Assembly (NCBI GenBank): GCA_965113315.1
Contig: OZ220368.1
Source of the DNA: Podarcis vaucheri
Lineage: Eukaryota
Direction: 5' to 3' (one strand)
DNA length: 64,000 nucleotides
Position 1 is the stretch's first letter; each line of letters begins with the position of its first letter. The notes below the pieces were generated by a model. The model made no database searches. It had not been told where the DNA came from and saw only the letters and a program-made list of their open reading frames with translations. The translations under genes and the position numbers were made by a program. Below are positions 40,775 through 53,528 of this stretch, in pieces.

Positions 40775-41002
40775 NNNNNNNNNNNNNNNNNNNNNNNNNN
40801 NNNNNNNNNNNNNNNNNNNNNNNNNNNNNNNNNNNNNNNNNNNNNNNNNNNNNNNNNNNNNNNNNNNNNNNNNNNNNNNNNNNNNNNNNNNNNNNNNNNN
40901 NNNNNNNNNNNNNNNNNNNNNNNNNNNNNNNNNNNNNNNNNNNNNNNNNNNNNNNNNNNNNNNNNNNNNNNNNNNNNNNNNNNNNNNNNNNNNNNNNNNN
41001 NN
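40775..41002. other. Assembly gap in 3'UTR
   Basis: N run. Confidence 0.99.
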
Positions 41003-41564
41003 TTAAACTGTTATGTCATCAGGTATCCCCCCCTTTTACCCTATCCCTAACAGAAGACTGTTTAGTTCACATGATATAAAATAAAAAAGGAAAAATAAAA
41101 AAGTTGCAAAATCATGTTTCTTTTTCTCTCTCTTCATTTTGCAATTTTTATTGTTCCTCTTTAATTTATGTTGGGGGTTTACCAATCTGATTGGATCAAA
41201 CATTTTGGAAAAAAAAGAGAGCAAAATCTGCTAATCCCATTAGTCTGTAAAAATGGTTTTAGATTTTTTTCATTTATTTATTTATTTTTCAAATGAGTGA
41301 ATGGTCATCTTAAAAAGACCCACCTTCAAGGAAGGTAGTAAAACTAGCTGGCCGGGTAAAAATCCCTGCACATTGTTATCTATGTATATTATATTCAACA
41401 ACGACAGCTATGAAAGAACATTCAATGCATCAAAGGTTTTTTGTTTTTTTTCTAAGCATTATAAAATCCTTTCCTGTTCACAGGATATCAACGTTTTAAT
41501 ACTTAGGCAACACTGGCTTATAAAAGTCCATGGTTGAGTATAAGCCTTGAAAGTTTTTTGTTTG

Positions 41565-41572
41565 TTTGTTCG
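41565..41572 (-). promoter_or_regulatory. miR-375 8mer seed site (CGAACAAA) in the ELAVL4 3'UTR
   Basis: Plus strand tttgttcg(t) equals the 5' end of miR-375 (UUUGUUCGU). miR-375 repression of HuD is established in mammals. Confidence 0.7.
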
Positions 41573-41624
41573 TATATATATTTATATATATATATATTTA
41601 TAATAATTATTAAGGATATGAAAT

Positions 41625-41960
<336 letters not shown>

Positions 41961-42334
41961 TTAACAAAGACAAAAAAGAGAGGAGGGCTAATCTACAGAT
42001 CAGTTTTCAAGCATACGTTACATAAAACCAAGACCAAGAAAAGAAAAAGAGCCTGTTAAATTCTCTGCAGTGAAGAACGCACATTCAGCACACGGCGTAA
42101 TGTTCGGTTTGAAAAGCACTACTAAATGCCTCTGAAACAACAGCTGCTGAACTCAATTATAAGGAACTGAAATTGAGTGTGTATTAGTGGTTCCCTTGGA
42201 GAACTTGGCTGCACCCTGCAATCAAATGAAGTCTCCTTTATGTTGTGATCTAGTACATGGTTTTATCGGAGGAGGTTGTAGCTACTACCTTTATTGCCTG
42301 ATGAAAGCTTAATGGGTTCGATCATGGAGCAAGC

Positions 42335-42605
42335 TTGCTCCAGAGGCTGGGACCCAAAGCAATGGCTTCAAGTTACAAGAAAGATGATTCTGACTAAACA
42401 TCAGGAAAAACTTTCTGACAGTAAGAGCTGTTCAACGGTGGGACGAACTCCTTCGGAAGGCGGTGGGCTCTCCTTCCTTGGAGATTTTTAAGCCAAAGTT
42501 GGATGGCCATCTGTTATGGATACTTTAGATGAGATTCCTGCATTGCAGACTTCTAGACAAAATGCCCCTTGGGGTCCCTTCCAACTCTACAATTCTATTG
42601 TATTC
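42335..42605 (+). mobile_element. CR1 LINE 3' end in the last ELAVL4 intron (antisense to the gene)
   Basis: aactttctgacagtaagagctgttc...ggtcccttccaactctacaattcta. Confidence 0.85.
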
Positions 42606-44853
42606 ACACAGGCATCAGTGAATTACCAAGTACCTTTATTTGTAACTACTGAGACCCTAGAAAAAAGCATTGCTGTCCTGTCTAAGATGTTGTGTGCAAT
42701 ATGAATGTGTATTACATGTGTGAGTTCTGTCTCTTTACACAGATATATTTAAAGCTGTGTGGGGCTAGCTTAGCTGAACCACAACTGTTGACCCCCACAG
42801 AGGGCAGCAAGCACTTTTGTTTTCTGTAATTTACTAGACTTATTACTTGCTATACCATTAACACGACAAGTTATGAAAACTAAAGACTGCTTCATGCAAA
42901 TCTTTGCCCTACATGGATATAATATCTAGGTCCTGGTAGTCAGCAGGACACCCTCTAGTTGTTGTGGACTCTAGTATTTGGGAGGCCCAGCCATGGTGGT
43001 GAATGGTCAGGGATGATGGGAGTTTTAGTTCACATTAGCACCCTGATCTGGATGGATTCCAGTGTCCAGAAACTATATGGTAGCTGCTTGAAAACTTACC
43101 ACATGGTCACCTGAAATCACATGGGGAGGTAGTATTCGGTAGCATGCAATTTAAGCCGATTGTAACTGGTGCACCACAACCACCCCAGAAATCAAGGGAA
43201 GCGGGGAGGTAAAAAGGAACGAAGTTTAACGCTGAGATAATTCAAGCAAAACTGCTTAACTGCCCTAGTTTAAGTTCATATTTTCAAGCACCAGGTGGTA
43301 AGTTCTGAAGTGACCACTCTCACCTGAATCTGTGCAGGGAAAAATAGGTACTCTGTTACTTCTAAAGTGCAGTAGGGATATTTTTTACCCTGCCAGGAGT
43401 ACAATGATCAGAAAGACTTGGGGAATGCATAAAACAGATGAAAATCTCTAAATGTTGGGGAGCATGGCTGCCCCACCCTGTGTGATTTCATAAGGCAGAC
43501 CAAGTGCTGGTTCAAAGCTACAATCCAGAAATATTGTGTGTGTGCGGCTGCACCTACACAGTATTGACATGCAGCATGAAATATACCTGCAGTCTGTGGG
43601 TGACATTCTTTATTTCTGATACCTACACCCTGTAATAAAAAGCTAGCCCCCAACCCACCTCATGCTGTCCCTTTAAGAAAATATCTGCACCCCGAAATTT
43701 TCATTTCATTAACTAGAAGAGATCAATTCACATCCAAAGGAAGTCAAAATTTTATGTTATTTATGTGCCCCCCCCAGTTTTATTGTTGTTCTGATGTATC
43801 AATAAAATCTATTTTTTAAAAAAGCAAAAGCACATCCAAATCATCTCCCTCATTGGGCATGTCCCCTACTGTGTCTGCCATCTGGAGGAGAATGGCCCCA
43901 TTCACACCTCGCAGGAATGTTGGCAAATGCTAATGATCAAATTCTGTTCTGCGGATGTGACAAATGTGGTGTCAAGGAGAGGGGGCTTCCCGACTGGTGA
44001 ATTTCTGTCCGACTTGGAAATCCACAGAGTGCCTTGCAGCCCACCCCATCTCAAAGACTGGAGTGGGTGGGCCTGTTTTGTCACACCCTACTTTTTCAAC
44101 ATGGATGGATCACAATTGGACATGTGTGCACACAGCTGTGTATGTACCATGTACCTCTCATACGGTGAGAGGCTATACATACAGCATTTTTGGATTATAA
44201 ATGTGAGAAACAGTCCTTTAACCTCTGTGCTGATGTATGTGGATTATTAACAGAGAAGTCATACTAATGTAACAGTTTCATGCCATCAGGACAGTATTTT
44301 CAAATTTCCAGTAGTGACACTATGAAATAAAAATCAGAACAAGCAATTTAACTTAAAAGAAGGCAAACCACAAGCTCCAAATTACTGGAAACACTTGTCA
44401 AACCTGCAACAAAGAAAATAAGAGGCCTGATTAAGGTGCACACAGTTACAGCATTTTATGAAACTTGGGTAGCTCCCTTACCTTTCTAAACAATATTGGG
44501 TTTGAGTCACATTTTCAGTGACAATTTCACACTATAAGCCCAGTGACACCAAATCTTTGTTATAATAAACTCTGATTGAGTGAGACTTTTAAAGAGTCAT
44601 TTAACAATACACTTAGGAAATCAGAATGCTTGTAGCTGTTGCACCTAAACCATCTTAGAAGACCTGTAACAAAAGAAAAAGTAGAACATGCACACAAAAA
44701 TCACACACTATTTTTTGTGTGTGTGTGTTTGTGCATGGTGTTAAAGAAAATGAACTGAAGTCCAAACGAAAAGACAGAAAACATTTGGCATGCTGGTGGG
44801 GGGAAAAAAGGAAAGAATTAAAAACAAAATAAAGTTAGTGATTAAAAAAAAAA

Positions 44854-44993
44854 NNNNNNNNNNNNNNNNNNNNNNNNNNNNNNNNNNNNNNNNNNNNNNN
44901 NNNNNNNNNNNNNNNNNNNNNNNNNNNNNNNNNNNNNNNNNNNNNNNNNNNNNNNNNNNNNNNNNNNNNNNNNNNNNNNNNNNNNNNNNNNNN
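44854..44993. other. Assembly gap (140 N), likely hiding ELAVL4 exon 6
   Basis: N run. No LDNLLNMAYGVK-coding sequence is visible between 41953 and 46854. Confidence 0.8.
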
Positions 44994-46853
44994 CAAGATT
45001 GCTCAATGGAACTTTTATTAATAATGCTCCATTTTCAAAGAAGAAATTCGTAACATCAACTCCTGTACATCTAGCGGGTCTAATGAATCAGCAGCTATAG
45101 AGCTGCTTTTACTTCCACAATAAACAAATGACATTTAAAAATGTGCTGGTAATGTAGAAAGGTAACATTCCACCATCTTACAATTTGATTCATCACAGAA
45201 GAATTCCCTTGCGGTTTTGCTTCTGCACACTATATCAGCCTGAAATTGTAACTATTGCTATGATTTCCACTATTTACCTTTCCATTGCCATTAAACCTGT
45301 AAATAGAAATAATAATAAAAAATACACTGGTGGCAGCCGTTTAGGATTGTACTAGTATTGTGAATTGTAGACATTTTTCTTTTGTTGGGAGAAATTATTT
45401 TTGATGCCTAAAAGCCAGAGCAGATTATCCTAACATTTTTCAGATCAGATCATTAAACAAAGTTGACAATGTTTAGTATGATGGGCAGTCACAATGCAGC
45501 ATGTATAAAGGCCTCCCCAACTTAAAAATTTATGGAGCTTTCCATATTAATGTATTAGGCAAATGGGTTTTTGTTTCCCAAGGGGTCAAGGTTGTAGGCA
45601 ATAAATAACGAACTGAAATTAGCTACATTGTTCAGAACAATTAACTTTAAAATAAAAATGTAACATCCATCACACTTCATCAGAAAAACCAAGAAGTGTT
45701 CTGTAAATGCTTTAAATGTGAAACAATTTGTGAATATTCTGTTCAGAAATCTGTATCTGCACAGAATGCTAAACTCTGGTTTTGTTTTAACCTTGGTTAG
45801 TTTAAGCAGATATCAATTTGTCTCAACTGACAAGTAAACAAGGCATGGCTTGTTTCCCCAGAACTTGGGTTTACATTCCAGCTCCTCTTGCCTCCACAGT
45901 TCGGCAAGCATGTAGGAAAGGTGGCCAAACAAACCATCATTAGGCAAGACTGTTGAGAGAGAGGACATAACATTGAACCACAGTTAAAACAACCTAGGAT
46001 TTGTGTAGTCAACAACAAACCATGGCTTCACATTGTGATGGTACCAGAAAAAAACCATGGGCTGACACTCAAACACATCCCACTTTGGTTAAACTAACCA
46101 TGGTTTAGTATTATGTGTGAGGGAGGCCACTTTATATTTATTTCTATCTATATATGTATTAAACTCAATGAACACATACTGAAATAAAGCTGTGTGTTAT
46201 TTGCACTTTATCTGAGCACTTCAAAAGCAGGCATTTAATGCCAATAGGTACTAATGCTTTCTCTATGGAAACCAATCCAAATGTAGAAACAAGTTTACGC
46301 AAAAGGCTGCCATGAATAGGGAAAGTCCCCACAACAGTAGTGCATAAGCAGGGCAACTATACTGTGTTAGAGACATCTAACAGGTGATCAGTATTGTCAA
46401 CTTTGATTGCCAGAGAAAAAGATCTAGTATATAACCTGCTTCCTGCACCTTTTGCTTAACAAGGGATTGCTGCAAGCTAATCATATCCTGGGGCACATGA
46501 CAACAAGTACATAGTTGTTGTTTTTTTTACTGTATCTCTAGTTCCCTTGACTGGGGCTTTTATTTTTAATTACCCTAATGCTATGTTAATGTTTTGTATC
46601 TTTTTGTATCAATGCACCATGTATAAATGAAAAATGAATTCTTTTTCTCATTTTTATGTGGGGTAATAATTCACACATATTCCTTTTCTTGTTTACGTGA
46701 TTGTCCTATCATTCCTTTGCCCAACAAAATCTGGTCAAACCACAGTTCTGTCAACTCAGGAACCTGCAAAAAGATGGCCCACCGAACTCCCAGTCATAAG
46801 ATACTGAAAAGTAACCTATAACAACAATAAAATAAATTATTTGGAGAATGTTA

Positions 46854-47141
<288 letters not shown>

Positions 47142-47202
47142 CTACTACACAAGGCCACAGGAAGTTACGTAACACCACAGGAAATAAAGTGTTGCATGCA
47201 TT

Positions 47203-48882
47203 GTTGTTGTTTAGTCGTGTCCGACTCTTCGTGACCCCATGGACCAGAGCACGCCAGGCACTCCTGTCTTCCATTGCCTCCCGCAGTTTGGTCAAACTCA
47301 TGTTTGTAGCTTCGAGAACACTGTCCAACCACCTCGTCCTCTGTCATCCCCTTCTCCTTGTGCCCTCAATCTTTCCCAGCACCAGGGTCTTTTCCAGGGA
47401 GTCTGCTCTTCTCATGAGGTGGCCAAAGTATTGGAGCCTCAGCTTCACGATCTGTCCTTCCAGTGAGCACTCAGGGCTGATTTCCTTCAGAATGGATAGG
47501 TTTGATCTTCTTGCAGTCCATGGGACTCTCAAGAGTCTCCTCCAGCACCATAATTCAAAAGCATCAATTCTATGGTCCAGCTCTCACTTCCATACATCAC
47601 TACTGGGAAAACTATACAAACCTTTGTTGGCAAGGTGATGTCTCTGCTTTTAAATATGCTGTCTAGGTTTGTCATTGCTTTTCTCCCAAGAAGCAGGCAT
47701 CTTTTAATTTCGTGACTGCTGTTACCATCTGCAGTGATCATGGAACCCAAGAAAGTAAAATCTCTCACTGCCTCCATGTCTTCCCCTTCTATTTACCAGG
47801 AAGTGATGGGACCAGTGGCCATGATCTTTGTTTTGTTGATGTTGAGTTTCAGACCATATTTTGCACTCTCCTCTTTCACCCTCATTAAAAGGTTCTTTAA
47901 TTCCTCATCACTTTCTGCCATCAAGGTTGTGTCATCTGCATATCTGAGGTTGTTGATATTTCTTCCGGCAATCTTAATTCCGGTTTGGGATTCATCCAGC
48001 CCAGCCTTTTGCATGATGAATTCTGCATATAAGTTAAATAAGCAGGGAGACAATATACAGCCTTGTCGTACTCCTTTCCTAATTTTGAACAAATCAGTTG
48101 TTCCATATCCAGTTCTAACTGTAGCTTCTTGTCCCACATAGAGATTTCTCAGGAGACAGATGAGGTGATCAGGCACTCCCATTTCTTTGAGAACTTGCCA
48201 TGGTTTGCTGTGGTCAACACAGTCAAATGCTTTTGCGTAGTCAATGAAGCAGAAGTAGATGTTTTTCTGGAACTGTCTAGCTTTCTCCATAATCTAGCAC
48301 ATGTTTGCAATTTGGTCTCTGGTTCTTCTGCCCCTTCGAAATCCAGCTTGCACTTCTGAGAGTTCTTGGTCCACATACTGCTTAAGCCTGCCTTGTAGAA
48401 TTTTAAGCATAACATTTTTAGCATGTGAAGTGAGTTGGAACATACTTTGGCACTGGCCTTCTTTGGGTTTGGGATGTAGACTGATCTTCTCCAATCCTCT
48501 GGCCACTGCCGAGTTTTCCAAACTTGCTGGCATACTGAGTGTAGCACCTTAACAGCATAATCTTTTAAAATTTTAAATAGTTCAGCTGGAATATCATCAC
48601 TTCCACTAGCCATGTTATTAGCAGTGCTTTCTAAGGCCCATTTGACTTCTGGCTCAAGGTCAGCAACTACACTACCTGGGGTGTACGAGACATTCATTTC
48701 TTTCTGGTATAATTCCTCTGTGTATTCTTGCCACCTCTTCTTGATGTCTTCTGTTTCTGTTAGGTCCTTACCACTTTTGTCTTTTATTATGGTAATCTTT
48801 GTACGAAGTGTTCCTTTCAATATCTCCAATTTTCTTGAACAGATCTCTGTTTTTCCCCATTCTGTTGTTTACCTCTATTTCT
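47203..48882 (-). mobile_element. BovB (RTE-clade LINE), 5'-truncated, frameshifted RT
   Basis: ORF fragments FIDYAKAFDCVDH, GVRQGCILSPCLFNLYAE, NLRYADDTTLMAES and ALVHGVTKSRTRL; (CAA)n tail. 11-bp TSD ttgcatgcatt at 47192-47202 and 48883-48893. Confidence 0.95.
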
Positions 48883-49450
48883 TTGCATGCATTAAGTTGG
48901 CCTTTAAAGAAACCTATTGCAATTGCAACCCTTTTATTTTATTTAAATAATTCATACACTATTTAATTATGTAATCTCTGTGCTGTTTACAAAGATACAG
49001 CCTTAATAACTCTACCTATACACAAACATTTATGGTCCTATACACAGTTACGTAAAAAAAAAGTTTAAAAATTGATATAGAGTTGTAAACACATGGCTGT
49101 TTTTCCTCTTATAAATGTGGAATATCATATTTGTCCAAATGTTTTTTCTGATGAAACCATGTTTATTTCAGCCTGAACCAGAATTCCCTGCCCCCATTCC
49201 AACTGATCACACATTTACAAGACTTCCCCAAATTACTGATTTGTCCCCAACCCACCATTTGGAAATTACAGCTGATTATCAACCTCCCCTCCCTTTGTCA
49301 GCAAATCTAAATATGCAATTTCCTTTATATATATTCCTGTGTAGAAAAAGTAGAGGGAAAGCACTTGAGAGCTTTAATTAAAACAGCAAATGAAGGCTCT
49401 TCCAAACAAATTCAAGTTTAGAAATGTGCTTATAAATAAAATGTTTTTCA

Positions 49451-49606
<156 letters not shown>

Positions 49607-49649
49607 CTAGGAGTTAAACAACATGTGGTTAAATAGTGTATTGTGTTTT

Positions 49650-50520
49650 AAACATAATAAGAGCCTGCTGATCAGACCAGTGGCCTATCTAGTCCAGCAT
49701 CCTGTTCTAACAGTGGCCAAAAACAGATGCCTGAAAGCAGACAAAAACACAACAGCACTCTGGCCATTCTCAGCAAGTGGTATTCAGAAGCACTGCCTCC
49801 AACAGTGAGGGAGGAACATAACCATAGTCCTCCATGAATATGTCTAATCCCGATTTAAAGCCATCCAAGTTGGCCATTAAATGTGGGAGCAAGTTCAATA
49901 GCTTATGTGCTTCATGAAGAAGTACTTTCTTTTGTCTGTCCTGGGCTTTCCAACATTCAACTTCACTGGATGTCCAAAGTTCTGGTACTATGAAAGAGGG
50001 AGAAAAAAAACTCCTCTCGACCCACCTTTTCCATGCCATAATTTTATAAACACCAGCCATGTCACCTCTTAAATGCCATTCCTCTAAACTAAAGGCTATA
50101 ACCTTTCCTCATAGAGGAGTTACTCGATCCCCTGAATAATTCTGGCTGCCCTTTTCTGAACTTTTTCCAACTCTACAATATCCTTTTTGAGGTGAGGAAC
50201 CAGAACCGTTCACAGTCTTCCAAACGCAGTTGCACCAGGGATTAGGGCTTTTTCAAAGCTGCCACACACAGTTCGACTATCCACCATGACCCCAAGGTCA
50301 GTCACTGAGTTTCTCATGAGTTTTAAGAGAAATTAAGACCTTTTTGTCCCAACATGCATCACTTCAGACTTGCTTACACTGAACTGCATTTGTTATTTTG
50401 CCACCCATCTTTTTTGTTTTAATGACCTTGAACAATTTACTGTTATCGGCAAACGTGGCTGCCTCACTCCTCACCCCAATCCTAGATCATATGTGGACAA
50501 GCTTAAAAGCACAAATCCCA
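49650..50520 (-). mobile_element. CR1 LINE 3' fragment starting about 45 nt upstream of the exon 4 acceptor
   Basis: aacataataagagcctgctgatcagaccagtggcc tail; ctacaatatcctttttgaggtgagg shared with the 33500 region. Confidence 0.8.
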
Positions 50521-53168
50521 CAAAGACCTTTACATCACACACTTGGTTAACAGACTGTTTTCAACCTTTTGAGTTCCGACAGCTTGTTTAAAATAACCTT
50601 CTCACTTGATTCTACCTGCTCTTACTATAGAAACTGAGAAGTAGAAAAAATGTTGAGAACAAAAGGAAAGCTGGAAATAATTTTAAAACACATGCAAGGA
50701 TAAGGTCCTTAAATGCAGGAATAAAAACAGTGACTGAAGATAGGCAGATTAATGTGCAGCCTCCCACACATCAGCTTTGTAAATTTGCCCCTTTGGGCTG
50801 TGGGTGTATAAAATGATTTACTGTATCCAGCACAATCCAAAAGAACCTAGTACGTACAGGTTCAGTGTTGTTTTGCTTTAATGGTTAGAAACAGATGAGG
50901 CTTTCTACAGAGAGATATTTTCTCTTTATGTATTCATACTAAATGGCAGGATCTGCCCTGATTGCATTACAGAATAACTAACGAAACATCTGCTTAGTGA
51001 ACCCATTCTCAGCATCATGCTATTTTCAACTCAGTTCTAACTGCCCCTCAAACTGGAAAAACATCCAGCTGATGCCAGTCAATACATATTAAAATATTAT
51101 GCAGCATTCTAATAATGCTTTAGCAAAATACAACACATTTCAGTGAAAGAATGATTTAATATTCATTTTAATAACTGCAGTCAACATACAATGTATGATT
51201 TATATATAGAGGTCTGTTTAATTTGCCAATATGGTTTCCTATTTCCACCAGCTCCAGTTTGAAAATATGTATTTTCCATCTTACAAAAAGCCATTTTGCC
51301 AACCCATTCCTTGTACTGCTAGCAATTCCACACAGAGTATAAAGAGATTAAGCTTTTCGGCACACTCTAATACTCGAATATACAAACCCAACCACTTTGT
51401 GAAGCTTTTCACTTTTGTTTAAAACCAAGTATTTAAAGTCTAGCTTATCCACAAATTGCTGTATTACATTCACGCAACAGCATGTGTGGAGGGGGTCGAA
51501 GCCAGTAACACGACAAGCAACACCTATCTCTCAAAAAGGCAACTGATAGATGTTATGTATTTTCTCCACTTCTAAAAACAGATGAGTCAACAAAGAAAAT
51601 ATCAGAGAAAGTCTAATATTTGCCTCCACAATCTTCATTAGAAGAAGATCAACACGTTACACTGCAAAGAATTTAAAACCACATTTCAATATTTAGGAGT
51701 CAGACATAACTTATTTTCTAAAGTATCCCAGTGCATATAAATATAAATGTTAAAAAGAATTGTGATAAAAAGGGAACAAACAATTAGAGGGACTGGTTAT
51801 AGCGTATGACAGTGGTTTTCAAATTTTAGGTTCAGGGAACATTGAGTCTTTCACAAAACTCTACAGAGGCATAGGATACTGAGACACAGGGTCTTCAAGC
51901 CCCATCAGCTATCATTCGTCATCAGCAAAGCCTGTGATGTGGCAAATGTACACTTGTCCACAATGGGTTTGTGAAGATAACAATTTCCTTACTTACACCT
52001 CATCCCAAATTGTTTTGGGAAAAGATCTACTGCTCTCTTCTTTTATTTCCCTATGCAAGGTTGTAGGTGGATGTCAAAGATATAGTGGCTATTCCTCTTG
52101 TAATACTTGCACAATATTATTACCCCAGTAAACAAATCCTCATATGCTGGAAATGGGCATATCTGCATGTGAAACAGATTATAAGTGTTGGGTTGAGGGG
52201 CCATTAGGTAGCAAAGGTTTGGAAGTCAGCCCAACTTCAGGATTTTAAAAACACCTGTGTATGCCTAAAACTAGCTACAATAAAAATAAACATAGCTTGT
52301 CAAAAACATGTTTATATTTATCAAGTTAATTCCTATTTTGTTTCTCCAGTGATTACAATTTTTAAAAAAAGGCTTACATACAAAATACAGGCATCAGTTC
52401 TATTCCTTTGTGGGATGTAATCAAAAAATCCCAATATTTAGTCAGGCATCAGACATATGAAAGACTGCCTGCAGTGATCCTGTAACTGCCTACTCACTGG
52501 ATTTTCTTCCTCTAATCTCACACGGTCTTGCAGATAAGCACAAAAATGTACTAGGCCATGTATTGTGAGGAAAGATTGGGGAGCAAAAGGAGAATTAAAA
52601 ACATACTGGTAAGGTGTATTAGCAGCAAAGTACTCACTATATTTCTTCTGACAAAAAACAAATGAGCCTGGCTACTCACCACCACCACCAATGTAGGAAT
52701 ATTGCCAGGGTACTCTGATTTGCAACCTAGAGGCAATGGAGTGTCCAGGTAGAGTTTGATTTTATCTTGAAAAAAATTAGATTCTTCATAGCAATTTAGC
52801 AAACACCTACTGTTATCCCCTAACTGTAATGACTTTCTGGCTCTACTATATACAGACTTTTTCATTTCTTCTAAGCACTTGTGTGAATGTAGGGTAACAT
52901 GGCATGCATCTGATAAAGTGTGTTGTAATTCACAAAAACGGATGTCACAATAACATTGTCTAAGGAGGCAAAGGTTCTTTTTTATTTTAACTATACCATA
53001 CCAACACAGGTGCCACTCAAAATTTCATAGCCTAAATAATACATACTATTTTTTAAAGTCCTAGTGTTTCTATATAAACTGTGTTTGCTAACATAATTTC
53101 ATGCATTCATCTGTATATACTAATACTACTCGTTGCCATTGCAATGTCTTAAAAATATGTGGATCATA

Positions 53169-53528
53169 AAGGTAATGATACTCCTGAACGTTAGGTCCTG
53201 TCGCGGACGACTCTGGGGTTGCGGCGCTCATCTCGTTCTATAGGCTGAGGGAGCCGGCGTTTGTCCGCAGACACCTTCTGGGTCATGTGGCCAGAATGAC
53301 AAAGATGCTTCTGGCGAACAAGAGCAGCGCACAAAAACGCCATTTACCTTCCCGCTGGAGCGGTACCTATTTATCTACTTGCACTTTGACATGCTTTCAA
53401 ACGCTAGGTGGTCAGGAGCAGGGACTGAACAACAGGAGCTCACCCCGTTGCGGGGATTCGAACCGCCGACCTTCTGATCGGCAAGCCCTAGGCTCTGTGG
53501 TTTAGACTACAGTGCCACCTGAATCCCT
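53169..53528 (-). mobile_element. Sauria SINE, full length
   Basis: Same family as 7168-7486. TSD atatgtggatcata at 53155-53168 and 53529-53542. Confidence 0.9.

Larger units (their letters stand above)
39090..41624 (-). other. ELAVL4: ELAVL4 3'UTR (long, AU/U-rich; distal end approximate)
   Basis: Repeat-free and U-rich on the minus strand directly after the stop. The most distal clear AATAAA is at 39108-39113, followed by GU/U-rich sequence. Confidence 0.75.

Noticed and set aside
40674-41079. ORFs running through X stretches (also 40158-40400 and 44790-45053)
   Set aside because: Artefacts of translating N gaps.
42084-42095. REST/RE1 site (ttcagcacacgg)
   Set aside because: Only a partial left half-site with an indel; the GGACAG half is absent.
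47203-48882. Active reverse transcriptase gene
   Set aside because: 5'-truncated and broken by several frameshifts and deletions.
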